DNA of 64,000 nucleotides from an uncultured Gammaproteobacteria bacterium (lineage in GTDB: Bacteria; Patescibacteriota; Patescibacteriia; UBA10025; JAHIVO01). This document shows positions 17,289-27,448 of the stretch, one piece after another. A program made the position numbers and the translations under genes. Positions within the stretch are counted from its first letter, which is position 1; each line of letters starts with the position of its first letter. Location of the stretch: NCBI GenBank assembly GCA_964415025.1, contig CAYPXF010000004.1, forward strand, positions 9,138 through 73,137. The letters are read 5' to 3'. A model generated the notes under the pieces. The model ran no database searches, was not told where the DNA came from, and saw only the letters and a list, made by a program, of their open reading frames with translations.

Positions 17289-20200
17289 TTACTCCACCTC
17301 GTCCACATTAATCATCCGTACGTTCGGACCGCCGCCGCTGCGCGGTATAACTAACAACTCGTCAGCGCCGTCACCGTCAATATCCCCACCGCTCAAACGT
17401 AGGCCCCCGGTAAATGAACTGGCATACGTATAAAACCGTTTACTCAATACTTCGCGGATATTATATACCTTGACCATAGACAGGGCATTTTCACCCACAC
17501 CTACCAGCAATTCTTTGACGCCGTTACCGTCCGTATCAACGCCGGCCACAGATACCCCGCCGCGATAGCCGGAGTCAAAAGCATAAAAACCAGGAGAGAG
17601 CCGTTTTAACTCGTTTGGCCTGATCTGAAATATCTGAACATGCGGCGCACCAAACTGCGGCCCGGTGACAATCTCATCGCGGCCGTCGCCGTCCATGTCC
17701 AGCGTGGCCACGTTAATGCCGCCGCGAAAATTAGGGTCATAAGCCATGAAGTTCGTCAAAATCCTACCGTCGACATTATAGACCAACACATGCGGGCCAC
17801 CGCCCTGCATGGCCGCCACGACGATTTCACTAGTCCCATCACCGTCCGTATCACCGCAGGAAAGGTTAACGCCTCCGGTAAACTTCCCGTCCAGTACGGA
17901 AAACCCGTCATTAATAATATTGCCGTGGCCGTCGAATATTTTGACAATCGGCCAGCCGCCCGGACCCTGAGCCGTCACGATTTCTTCATACCCATCCCCA
18001 TCGACGTCGCAGGCAGAAACAGTCACCCCATTCCGCAATACCGAATCATAGGCAAAGAACTGGGCTTGTAACGTACCGCTGCTATCAAACACACGGACTT
18101 GGGGGCCCATACCCGTGTCAGTACCAGCGATAATTTCATCTTCGCCTGTGCCTTTCACGTTACCGGCAGCCACGTGATATCCACCGCGTAAATGTGAAGC
18201 ATAGACAAAGAACGAACTGCCCTGGGCGAGCCGCGGTCCGCTGGCATCAGCGCCCATAATAGTGCTCGCTGTTTTTCCAGAATATTCATAATATATATCA
18301 GGCACATTGCCATTGCTGTCAGTGATAGCCAGCGCCCGCTCCAGGGTAATCATTTGACCGTCAGGCTTAATCACCGTCACATCATACCAGCCTGGACTCA
18401 TTTGTGATAGGGGTAATTGTACTGCTAATGATGAACTAGACTGAACATATGTTTTGAGAGCTTCATAATTACCCACATACGCTACCACACCGTGGGCAAA
18501 GTTAGCCCCTTCCACTTTTACGAGCAATCCGTCGCCCTTGTCCCAGGCCGGATTGACCTGTCCTGGTGAGACACTGGAGACTTGTGGCGCCGGTTCAGTA
18601 TAGGGCGCTGATCCGGTTACATTTACAGAGCGGATAACATCATTCCATGAATCAGCGACATACAGCACATTGCTACCCACGGCCATGCCTTTGGGATTGT
18701 TAAACTGGGCAGTGGCTTTAGCGCCATTGATATACCCACGCGTACCCGAGCCTGCCACCAGCTTAGTCAGGCCAGTATCGGCTTCTACTAAACGTATGCG
18801 CTGTGAACCGGTTTCAGAAAAGAAAATATTGCCGCTCCCGTCCATGGTGACATATTCTGGATAGGACAAACGGGCCGCTGTACCAATTGCCTCCAAATAT
18901 CCTGAACTGCCATTGCCCACTAAGGTGGTAACCACGTTTGTGCTTAAATTAATCTTGCGGATAGCATGGTTATTTGAATCAGCTACATACAAATTGCTGC
19001 CCGATGGATCAATAGCAACCCCCCAGGGGCGGTTAAATTTAGTGGCAGAACCAGTGCCGTCGGCAAACCCGGCACTGGAACCGGCCACCAGCCATGTCTG
19101 GCCGTCAGAAATCCTCACCTTGCGGATGCGGTTATTACCCGTATCGGCTACGTAAAGATAGGTATCGGTCGGATCGATAGCAATGCCGGCCGGCGCGCGA
19201 AAATATGCGCAGCCGCTCACGCCCGTTGTCCGTACATCTTCAGAACAGCGGTCGCCCTCGGCATAGCCATTATTGTCATCACCGCGGGTATTGATCAGCC
19301 CGGCACCAGAGACCAAAAATGAGCTGACCGGATCAGCCTGCAGATTGATACCGCGGATGCGGTTATTCCATCGGTCAACGACGTATAATCGGGTCCCTGT
19401 CGAATTGACTGTCAAACTTTGGATAGTTGAAAAACGGACCGGCAGTGCGTCTTCGTCAGTCCCCTCTCCGCGGTAATTATCCACGCTTGAACCAATCACA
19501 TGGCTGACCGTGTCTGTAGTTAAATTTATTTTCCTAATTTTATTATTATCAGCCACGTACATAGTATTACCGTCGCTGGTAATGACTGTACCGTACGGCC
19601 GACCAAACAACGCCTCATCTACTGATCCATTTTTATTACCAAACCGCTCTGCTCCGGCAAATAAAGCGTTATCGTCACCGTCATTAACATTGAATTTGTG
19701 GATCGTGCCCAGGCCGGCATTGACTGCATAAACATAGCCGCCAGTAACCACGAGTCCAGAGGGGTATATGAGCTCGTTTTGACGTGTATCCTGATAAATA
19801 AGTGAAGTTCTTTTTGTAGAAAGGTTTATTTTACGGATACGGTCAACTGTCCAGTTATCATGGTCTGATACATACAAATATCCGCCTGACAGCGCCATAC
19901 CCCACACGTTTTCAAACTGTGCTGTCGTATATGTCCCCTCGACATATCCAGAAGTACCGGATCCGGCGATAACGCTGACGGCACCACTGGAAGTATTAAC
20001 CGCTACCACACGGTGGTTGCCGTTATCTGCGACGTACAGCGTCGAACCATCGTCTGAAACAGCCATATAGCGCGGATCAGACACACCTGACGTCAGCGTA
20101 GTGACTGTACCGCCGCTAGTAGAAACCTTTTTGATAGCATTATTCCCCGAATCGGCAATATATACTGTCGACCCATACGGCGTAACGCCGTGTGGATCTG

Positions 20201-20639
20201 ACAAACCAGTAGCAATGGTGCTCACACTGCCGCTCTTTATTTTTTTAACCTTTCCGTTAGCGCTGTCAGCTACGTAGACAGAGCCATCAGATCCCCAGGC
20301 CACCCCCTGCGGTAGAGCAAATTGGGCCGCGCTCGCGGCACTGCCTGTGGCATCACCGTAGCTGCCCGTACCGGCCAGTGTACTGACCGTACCACCTGAA
20401 GAAATTTTTCTGACAACATTATTATATGTATCTGCCACATAAAAATTACCGCTCGTGTCCCGGGCAATATCCTGCGGAAAATCAAAATATGCGTTCAAAC
20501 GGCTGACCCCATCTCCGCCGTATATGCTCCCGGCATAGGTCGTCACATCACCATATGCGGCGTCACTCTGGAAAGGCATACCCAAAAACGCACTGGTAAT
20601 TATTACCAGGCCAATAAAACTATGAGTGAATTTCCTCAT
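17289..20639 (-). CDS. Secreted NHL-repeat beta-propeller protein with IPT/TIG domain and C-terminal FG-GAP-like repeats
   Basis: Signal peptide; many P.G.A.D..G.LYVAD..N..IRKI repeats; C-terminal DVDGDGYEEIV, DMDGDGRDEIV, DIDGDGADELL repeats with GGP.V. Confidence 0.88.
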   Translation of the reverse strand: MRKFTHSFIGLVIITSAFLGMPFQSDAAYGDVTTYAGSIYGGDGVSRLNAYFDFPQDIARDTSGNFYVADTYNNVVRKISSGGTVSTLAGTGSYGDATGSAASAAQFALPQGVAWGSDGSVYVADSANGKVKKIKSGSVSTIATGLSDPHGVTPYGSTVYIADSGNNAIKKVSTSGGTVTTLTSGVSDPRYMAVSDDGSTLYVADNGNHRVVAVNTSSGAVSVIAGSGTSGYVEGTYTTAQFENVWGMALSGGYLYVSDHDNWTVDRIRKINLSTKRTSLIYQDTRQNELIYPSGLVVTGGYVYAVNAGLGTIHKFNVNDGDDNALFAGAERFGNKNGSVDEALFGRPYGTVITSDGNTMYVADNNKIRKINLTTDTVSHVIGSSVDNYRGEGTDEDALPVRFSTIQSLTVNSTGTRLYVVDRWNNRIRGINLQADPVSSFLVSGAGLINTRGDDNNGYAEGDRCSEDVRTTGVSGCAYFRAPAGIAIDPTDTYLYVADTGNNRIRKVRISDGQTWLVAGSSAGFADGTGSATKFNRPWGVAIDPSGSNLYVADSNNHAIRKINLSTNVVTTLVGNGSSGYLEAIGTAARLSYPEYVTMDGSGNIFFSETGSQRIRLVEADTGLTKLVAGSGTRGYINGAKATAQFNNPKGMAVGSNVLYVADSWNDVIRSVNVTGSAPYTEPAPQVSSVSPGQVNPAWDKGDGLLVKVEGANFAHGVVAYVGNYEALKTYVQSSSSLAVQLPLSQMSPGWYDVTVIKPDGQMITLERALAITDSNGNVPDIYYEYSGKTASTIMGADASGPRLAQGSSFFVYASHLRGGYHVAAGNVKGTGEDEIIAGTDTGMGPQVRVFDSSGTLQAQFFAYDSVLRNGVTVSACDVDGDGYEEIVTAQGPGGWPIVKIFDGHGNIINDGFSVLDGKFTGGVNLSCGDTDGDGTSEIVVAAMQGGGPHVLVYNVDGRILTNFMAYDPNFRGGINVATLDMDGDGRDEIVTGPQFGAPHVQIFQIRPNELKRLSPGFYAFDSGYRGGVSVAGVDTDGNGVKELLVGVGENALSMVKVYNIREVLSKRFYTYASSFTGGLRLSGGDIDGDGADELLVIPRSGGGPNVRMINVDEVE

Positions 20640-20717
20640 ATATTTGATAATTAGTTTTTAATTTTATTTTTATTTTACCCTACCAGTATAGCATAATCAT
20701 AACATTTTTTCAAGGGA

Positions 20718-20749
20718 TAAAAAAAGGGTGATACGTATGTATCACCCTG
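20718..20749 (-). terminator. Intrinsic terminator of the orphan operon
   Basis: AGGGTGATAC-GTAT-GTATCACCCT with an A-run on its left. Confidence 0.7.
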
Positions 20750-20760
20750 AATAAAAAGAA

Positions 20761-22311
20761 CTATATACCTTCGTGTGCAAACGTCTTTCGGGGAAGATAA
20801 ATTTCACCCTCGAACGCATGGTCCCACATATCCCTGACTACCACTTCGAATGCACGGGTGTCAGGATCTAGCGGCGGAAAAATGAGCGTTGCGCGCACCG
20901 TTTCCCCTTGCCGGAGCGGTACGCTGTTATGGAATACGGGCGTATCCTCTACTGCTACCAGTGATAGACGCTGTTTCTGGTGAAACAGATAACTGCCACT
21001 GTGTACACTGGCGCATTCTTTATCTGCAGACCGAGGATTAGACCAGACCACACCCACTTTTGTATCGTATGGAGTGATCTCAACATACTCTGCCCGCAGA
21101 GTAAAGAAAGCCTGTGGATAGCTGTCGACCTTGAAGTCTTCATTAATCGCATAGCGAAGTGTATCATTACTAAGACCGGAAACCGGTATAGTACTAGAGT
21201 CACTTGCTAAAGGATTTTGCTGTTGAACTGACGAAGATACTATCGTTTCAGGCAAACGTACCTGCTGAAGAAACGCTGATCTCTGCTTAATCGTCGCTGG
21301 TGGCGGCCCCTGGCTTTTGAGCCACTGCTGATATTGGTTACCATCTGCGCTGTCAACATCAAAATCGCCATTATAGTCTCCCTTCGGTATGTTCATACCG
21401 TCAATTACTTCATAGCGAATCAATGTTGAGTCAGTAGCTGACTGAAACACCAGCCGAACATCAATTCCATCAGTCAGTTCGTCCCCATTTATATCAACAA
21501 TCTGCTGATGAATGGGCAACGAAGAATCATGGAACCAGGTGACGGCACGATTAATCCCATGATGCATAAGGTCAACTCCTGTCAGGAGAGCTATAAAAAA
21601 GTTAGCCCCGAGAAGTAATGCCCAGCAAGCTACAGCTATCCTGATTTTCGTGCGGAAGAACTTATGGAGCGCAATCAATCCGATTTCAGCAGCTAGCATC
21701 CCCACAAACATTTCCAATTTATGGTCAGATAAAGCTGGCTTGAATTCTAACAGGGTGGCCAGGAGTACCATGTTCCAGAAAATTATCTGGCCGGCCAACT
21801 GACCAGTGCCCTTAAGAATTGCGCCCACATCTTCCTTAGCCGCACCGAAACTGCCCCATAAACGGATTACCATAACAGCCAATAAAATAAGATAGGTCAA
21901 AACAGCGGTAACCGTTCCCCAAAGCAACATGAGCGTGAATCCGTCACCTACTAATAGGTAGCCAATCAGCGATGCAGTAGCTGCTACTGTCATTGTAGCT
22001 AACGGCACCCAGACTATTCCGAGAACGATCCATACCACATCAATAAGTGACTTTGCTTCTGTTTCTACCTTTTCCTTAAGCTGGTGGACTGATTTCACAT
22101 TGAATGACCAGAGCACTACCAGACCGAAAATTGGCAGTGAAATCGAGTTGAAAAACCGTGCCCACCCCTTTGTTTCGTTAGTTGTATCGCTTTCTTTAAG
22201 ATCGGCCGTTTTGGTTTCATTGCCGGTCTTTTTTTCTTCATCCGCTAACACAGTGGGCTCTTCCTGCTCCGTCTGCGGAGCTGTTGTTTTATTAGTCTGT
22301 TCTTCAGACAT
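20761..22311 (-). CDS. Multi-pass membrane protein with C-terminal beta-rich extracellular domain
   Basis: About 6 hydrophobic segments, then ...VPLRQGETVRATLIFPPLDP (Ig-like); GAAGGAGGT SD; start overlaps the upstream stop. Confidence 0.75.
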   Translation of the reverse strand: MSEEQTNKTTAPQTEQEEPTVLADEEKKTGNETKTADLKESDTTNETKGWARFFNSISLPIFGLVVLWSFNVKSVHQLKEKVETEAKSLIDVVWIVLGIVWVPLATMTVAATASLIGYLLVGDGFTLMLLWGTVTAVLTYLILLAVMVIRLWGSFGAAKEDVGAILKGTGQLAGQIIFWNMVLLATLLEFKPALSDHKLEMFVGMLAAEIGLIALHKFFRTKIRIAVACWALLLGANFFIALLTGVDLMHHGINRAVTWFHDSSLPIHQQIVDINGDELTDGIDVRLVFQSATDSTLIRYEVIDGMNIPKGDYNGDFDVDSADGNQYQQWLKSQGPPPATIKQRSAFLQQVRLPETIVSSSVQQQNPLASDSSTIPVSGLSNDTLRYAINEDFKVDSYPQAFFTLRAEYVEITPYDTKVGVVWSNPRSADKECASVHSGSYLFHQKQRLSLVAVEDTPVFHNSVPLRQGETVRATLIFPPLDPDTRAFEVVVRDMWDHAFEGEIYLPRKTFAHEGI

Positions 22312-23134
22312 GAGTTACACCTCCTTCATCCGGATACAGGCTTTTCTGCGCCCGGTCATGCATAATCCGACGCAGATAATAAATGATAGCAACAAATACA
22401 ACGGGCGCAATGAAACCAACTATTCCTCCGGACCGGCCGTACGCCTTATACGCGGTTCCGCCCAGTAGTATCATTGGGATAAGCATAAGCATAGCTAGTC
22501 CCAGGTACTTAAACGTCCACCAATTCCCGGTTGTCGCGACATGGCGCTTCTGTGCGGCGGTAATACTTTCAGCCAACGGCTGGCATTCCCACTGCTGTAT
22601 CACCCTAGTCAACGAGGGAACTTTTTGCGTGATGAAAGCAACTAACTGCGCCTGTTTAGTCAAACGATTGTCACCCTCGAGATGAAAAACTTCATTGAAA
22701 TACAGCAATACATCTGCAGAACGGCGATTGGCTATACGAAGTAATTCGAGGTAAAAGTGCTCTAGCTTTTCTTCGATTTCCTCTTTAACCGCCAAAAAAC
22801 CGTCACGACCCCTATCCAGAAAAAGATGCGCGTGCATGGTCACCTTTTCGATGATTTCTATGCGCTGTTCATGATTCAATTCCTTCAGTTTCGGATCATC
22901 ATTTAGCAATTGACCAATGTCTTTGATGGCTATGTGGCCAGTAGCGATCGTCATTAGCCACCCGAGAAAAATTTCACCGATATTCCTTTTGAGCATAAAT
23001 TCCCGAAAAGCCTGGCCACCTCCCTCGAGAGCACCAGAGACAGAATCTCCAGCTATATCGGATAACGTCGGTTTTTCTGCCTCTGTTTTCCGCTGGGTTT
23101 TTTTCTCTTCTTTCTCTACTACTTTATCTACCAT
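22304..23134 (-). CDS. Hypothetical protein with two C-terminal TM helices
   Basis: Start reassigned to ATG 23134 (MVDKVV), 1 nt after the upstream TAA, with AGGAG SD. Confidence 0.7.
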   Translation of the reverse strand: MVDKVVEKEEKKTQRKTEAEKPTLSDIAGDSVSGALEGGGQAFREFMLKRNIGEIFLGWLMTIATGHIAIKDIGQLLNDDPKLKELNHEQRIEIIEKVTMHAHLFLDRGRDGFLAVKEEIEEKLEHFYLELLRIANRRSADVLLYFNEVFHLEGDNRLTKQAQLVAFITQKVPSLTRVIQQWECQPLAESITAAQKRHVATTGNWWTFKYLGLAMLMLIPMILLGGTAYKAYGRSGGIVGFIAPVVFVAIIYYLRRIMHDRAQKSLYPDEGGVTHV

Positions 23135-23135
23135 T

Positions 23136-24209
23136 TTATTTACTCCTATCTGATACACGGGCATACCGAGACGCTATCACAATTTTTGCGATAGTATCTC
23201 GCCTCTGATTACGTCTTTGATGGTGTTCCGAATTTCTCTTTTCCGCTTGCCTTCGCCGGTCACGAGCAGCGAGAATCATATCTTCGCTCACTGGTGTCCG
23301 CTTTCTCGGTTTGATATGACGTACGAGCGATACACTGAATGTCCGCCACGGGTTTTCGTCAATATTAAACCAATTGCGAATTTCATCTTCGTCTAGGTCC
23401 GCCACACTGCGAATTATTTTTTCCGCATCACGCAGTGCTTCATTACTACCATCACGGTAGAGGGCGGATAGCTTTCGATTAAATCGAGCTTCATCCGCTT
23501 CATTAGTTTCGAATACAGCGCCACCCATGGCATGGACAAGCTTGTCCAATATATCGATCGGCATACGGGCCTGCAGTACGAGTGCACGCTCTTCTATGCT
23601 AAGCTCATACGTGGGTTTAGCACGTAATAAATCAGCGCCTAACCGCTGGACAATGTCCGCATCATCACCTTCCGACTTAAGATCAGAGGCAAGATTTTGC
23701 AGTTCATTCTTTTTCCAGCGGGACAATACATCATTGACCGTATAGGCAAGCATGGTGCCCGAAATATTATCAAGCTCTGTGTGTAACACACGCCGCAAGT
23801 CAGGATCTCCTAAACCAGAAATATTCTGTCTCACGCGGGAGGCCAGAATATCACTCAACCCTGACTGTTCTTTGGTTGATTTTGGAGACATAGTGGCCTC
23901 TCCTTTTGTTTTGGATTCAGAATCTGGCGTAATTGTACCTACCTCTCGGAGCACATCCTCAATAATCGGCTGTATCGCCGAACTAATAAATGGGCGCCTG
24001 TGGCCAAGGCGGTCTGCCCACTCTCTTATTGCGTTTCTGATGGCTTTGCCGCCAAATTCAGGAAGCTCCTTCAGCAAGCCTTGTACTTCGCTTATTACCT
24101 GCTTTGTACCTTTATGCTTCTTGAGTTCCCTCACAATACGGTCACCGGCCATATCGAGTACGGTTCTGATCGATATACCCTTCGCATATTTAATTGTAGT
24201 ACGCGGCAT
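23136..24209 (-). CDS. Hypothetical helical cytoplasmic protein
   Basis: 357-aa ORF; GGAGGAGGT SD; promoter TTGACA-N17-TAAGGT at 24473-24501. Confidence 0.75.
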   Translation of the reverse strand: MPRTTIKYAKGISIRTVLDMAGDRIVRELKKHKGTKQVISEVQGLLKELPEFGGKAIRNAIREWADRLGHRRPFISSAIQPIIEDVLREVGTITPDSESKTKGEATMSPKSTKEQSGLSDILASRVRQNISGLGDPDLRRVLHTELDNISGTMLAYTVNDVLSRWKKNELQNLASDLKSEGDDADIVQRLGADLLRAKPTYELSIEERALVLQARMPIDILDKLVHAMGGAVFETNEADEARFNRKLSALYRDGSNEALRDAEKIIRSVADLDEDEIRNWFNIDENPWRTFSVSLVRHIKPRKRTPVSEDMILAARDRRRQAEKRNSEHHQRRNQRRDTIAKIVIASRYARVSDRSK

Positions 24210-24567
24210 CGATTCTTACCTCCTCCCGACCGTTATACCATGAATTTTGTATACTCACCCCTCCTCTTCTTTGGGGATTCAAAAATGAATGTTCGTATTT
24301 AACGTGCTGATACAAATCAACACTCGACGGATAACAATCCGCTTTCTGGTGCATAAGCACATCCTTTCTTCACCCCGGTAAGAACCTAGGGGGATGAGTT
24401 ATATATATTTAATTTTCAATGTTCTGACTGACCTGTGATAAATACATTCTATGCATTGTATCACAGCTCTTCACCTTACTATAAAAGCATTGTTTTGTCA
24501 AGGGTAGTGCTGTGTATAAAAAAAGCACCAACTTTTTGTTGGTGCTTAGTAAGGTACGAAAAAAACT

Positions 24568-24768
24568 TTAGTCTGAATCCTCATGAGGTGCTTTTGCTCC
24601 CGACATGAGAAAAGTAAACACACCCGCCAGTACAGCGATGATTGCCCCTAATATTATTGAAGCGGGTTCATCCACTGGCAACGAATCAAGAACACGGAGT
24701 AATAACATCAAAGCAAGTATCCCCCAGAAGATTGAGGCAAAAACAAGATACATTTTCTCTTTCATCAT
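24568..24768 (-). CDS. Small two-TM membrane protein
   Basis: Two hydrophobic helices; GAGGTG SD 9 nt after the SPFH stop; hairpin terminator near 24517-24548. Confidence 0.7.
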   Translation of the reverse strand: MMKEKMYLVFASIFWGILALMLLLRVLDSLPVDEPASIILGAIIAVLAGVFTFLMSGAKAPHEDSD

Positions 24769-24777
24769 TCACCTCTC

Positions 24778-25860
24778 TTACAAAAGAACCAGCCCGGATT
24801 CTTTCTGCGGCACTGTCTCACTTAATTCGCCGGCAACTTTAGCTGACAGCATCTGTGAAAGACCGCCAAGTATACCTTTTTTTTCTGAAGCACTATGAAT
24901 TGCTTCAGCCAGACGTAGCATGATTGCCTGTTTCGATACCCCACTGGCATCTAATTCTTCTGAAACAGTCTTGATTGTACTATACATTATTCGGACTGCT
25001 TCAGCCTGAATTTCGGCAATGCGGCGCTGTTCCATTACATGTGCACTGGCGGTGTGCAGGTCAGTGTCGCGAAGCGTGAATTCATAGACTGCAAGACCGC
25101 TCTCTAGGGCACGTTGTTGTAGTTTTGGCAATACTTCCAGCTGTATACTCGCTTTGGCATTCTCCGGTAGTAAGGCCATGTCTTGCGACATTCTCTCGGG
25201 ATGAAAAATATCCTTGAATTCCCGATTATTAATAGCCTCACGCGTCAATTCTGAAGCGTGTGATTCCAGGATACCGACTGATTCATCCTTACTATTCATG
25301 CTGATAAAATTGTACAAACCAACAGCGTTACTCCTTCCCGTAAAAAAACAAATAAAGGCACGGAATAGATTCTTCCAGATAGTATCTGCCGTGACCGTAG
25401 CAACACCAAGGGTAAGCACAATGTCATAGATGATATGCCAATCGCCCTTTGAATAGGTGTCTTCCTCGGGAATATCCAGCTTGGTACGATGAATATCAAC
25501 CAATTGGAGTCGTCCACCCAAAAACCAGGGAATCCATACAATCCCTTCACAGAACCCAATCTTTGTCCGGTAGCTACCGAACAAAAGCAGCAGTCCATTA
25601 TGGACAGTCGGCACTATCCGGATGCCCCAGATAACTATATTAAGTATGATAATAGTACCGGTAAATATCGCATTGTGGATCATGATATGTACGATCAGGG
25701 CTGTGACAAAAGTCACTGCATAGCCAAACAAAATACTGCTCGGCATTTTTATTGATCGCCACATACGTGACAATCTACCTGGCTGTTGAGGCCGTGCTTC
25801 CGTATTCGGAGGCGCTACCTGTTCTGTCGTTGCTACAGATTGAGTATTCTGATTGCTCAT
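24778..25860 (-). CDS. SPFH (band 7/stomatin/prohibitin) domain membrane protein, divergent
   Basis: TM pair, then GIRIVPTVHNGLLLLFG....GIVWIPW, LQLVDI, coiled-coil MEQRRIAEIQAEA; AAGGAGG SD. Confidence 0.72.
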   Translation of the reverse strand: MSNQNTQSVATTEQVAPPNTEARPQQPGRLSRMWRSIKMPSSILFGYAVTFVTALIVHIMIHNAIFTGTIIILNIVIWGIRIVPTVHNGLLLLFGSYRTKIGFCEGIVWIPWFLGGRLQLVDIHRTKLDIPEEDTYSKGDWHIIYDIVLTLGVATVTADTIWKNLFRAFICFFTGRSNAVGLYNFISMNSKDESVGILESHASELTREAINNREFKDIFHPERMSQDMALLPENAKASIQLEVLPKLQQRALESGLAVYEFTLRDTDLHTASAHVMEQRRIAEIQAEAVRIMYSTIKTVSEELDASGVSKQAIMLRLAEAIHSASEKKGILGGLSQMLSAKVAGELSETVPQKESGLVLL

Positions 25861-25954
25861 GCAATCCTCCTTGATCTATGAGTTTTATTTTGTTTTCAAT
25901 TGTCAAAAAAGCATCTCCCGAGTGTACCAAGAACCATCACGTTTGTCAATATGC

Positions 25955-26500
25955 CTATAGAACATTGCTACGCCGTGTATAATCACGGATTTGATACTCA
26001 TAAAAACAAGAATAAACCCATTTCTCGCCCTTACACCGCAGCCAATACCGATAGCTCGAAAAGGGATAGGCTGCCATATCATTAACATAATTATGCTTGA
26101 TTGGATTATGATGGATGTAGTTGAAATGAATCCAGAAATCACGGTCGTTACGGATGCAGTGATCCTGATATTGATACCAAATTCTTCTACCTATTACCTT
26201 GTCAGCTTTGTTCTGCAGACGTGAAGCATTGCCGTGAAAATTTTGAATAAACCGAGGTAATGATGGACCGTCTACTACTCTTACTAAAAGGTGATAATGA
26301 TTATCCAGTACAACCCATGCATATACTCCTATATTAAACTTACTACACGACTGCTTAAGCACCTGGAATACCCGTAATTTATCAGCATCATATTTAAAAA
26401 AATTTTTCATATCAAAAGTCTTTGTCGTTATAAAATAAATCCAATCATCAAGCAACAAATGAGGCGGCCTATGGATGTTTTGATATTTTGGATAATACAT
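25955..26500 (-). mobile_element. REP-associated tyrosine transposase (RAYT, IS200/IS605 Y1 family), apparently intact
   Basis: YFITTKT, AWVVLDNHYHLL (HUH), IW.QYQDHCIR, NYIHHNP (catalytic Tyr), YPFSS. Confidence 0.9.
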
Positions 26501-26514
26501 AGTTTCTTTAAACA

Positions 26515-26576
26515 AGGTTGTACAGGCGAAAGCCTGTTATAGAATTATTCGTAACACACTTTCGTGTGTACGACCT
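26515..26576. repeat. Inverted REP doublet (REPIN-like)
   Basis: AGGTTGTACAGGCGAAAGCCTGTTATAGAA (26515-26544) versus the reverse complement of 26548-26576, AGGTCGTACACACGAAAGTGTGTTACGAA. Confidence 0.75.
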
Positions 26577-26581
26577 GATTG

Positions 26582-27448
26582 TTACTCCTCAAGCCACACC
26601 TCACTCCCATCACTCTTCAGTGTAATTGTGCCTAGCTCATCATTCCGCAGCGTAACAATACCCAGCCCGTGCAGCCGTTTGACTACCTGCCGATGAGGGT
26701 GGCCAAAATGATTGCCCTCGCCTGACTGAATAACAGCAAACCGCGGTGCGACCGCCTGTAAAAACTCAAGTGAAGACGAATATCTGCTGCCGTGATGGCC
26801 GACTTTTACCACGTCGCTTTTTAGCTGAACAGTTGAAGCGTGCTGATGCTGGAACAATTCCTCCTCAATACCAATCGACGCATCGCCCATAAATAGATAG
26901 GAGGTGCTGCCGTAAGTTAATTTCGTAACAACCGAACTGTCATTCAGATCATCGAATTCCTGCTCACTGATATCGGCCAGCGGATACAGCACCGACAATG
27001 CTGCTTGTTCAAAAACAAACCGCTGGCCACCGTGCGCAATGGTAACGGGAATTGCCTGCTCAATAATCAGCTCATGCCAGGCTCTGAATTCAGCAGCCTC
27101 ATGCTGGACACCAGCATACAGCACATGCCGCACCTCGTACCGTTTCAGAACCTCTACCAGCCCGGCCACATGATCTGCGTGCGCATGCGTCAGCACCATT
27201 AGTTCGATAATGTTATCATAAAACGGTAAGACGCGTCCGACTTTGCTCGCTACGCTTGCATCAGGGCCGCCGTCGATAAGCACGGTATAATCTGATGGCG
27301 TTTGAATCAGGATAGCGTCTCCCTGTCCCACATCCAGAAAATGCACTTCGAGGTAGTCACTATCCTGCCAGAGCAGAAATAATAATACACCGGCAATTAC
27401 TAATAATCCAGCCAAAATACCAATCGTCTTTTTCAGTCTCCTAGTCAT
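26582..27448 (-). CDS. ComEC-type metallo-beta-lactamase-fold protein (stand-alone)
   Basis: FLDVGQGDAIL, LIDGG, THAHADH (HxHxDH), NDSSVV, FMGD, KVGHHGS, FGHP. Confidence 0.92.
   Translation of the reverse strand: MTRRLKKTIGILAGLLVIAGVLLFLLWQDSDYLEVHFLDVGQGDAILIQTPSDYTVLIDGGPDASVASKVGRVLPFYDNIIELMVLTHAHADHVAGLVEVLKRYEVRHVLYAGVQHEAAEFRAWHELIIEQAIPVTIAHGGQRFVFEQAALSVLYPLADISEQEFDDLNDSSVVTKLTYGSTSYLFMGDASIGIEEELFQHQHASTVQLKSDVVKVGHHGSRYSSSLEFLQAVAPRFAVIQSGEGNHFGHPHRQVVKRLHGLGIVTLRNDELGTITLKSDGSEVWLEE

Noticed and set aside
20761-25860. Prophage or integrative element
   Set aside because: No integrase, structural or replication genes and no flanking att repeats were recognised.
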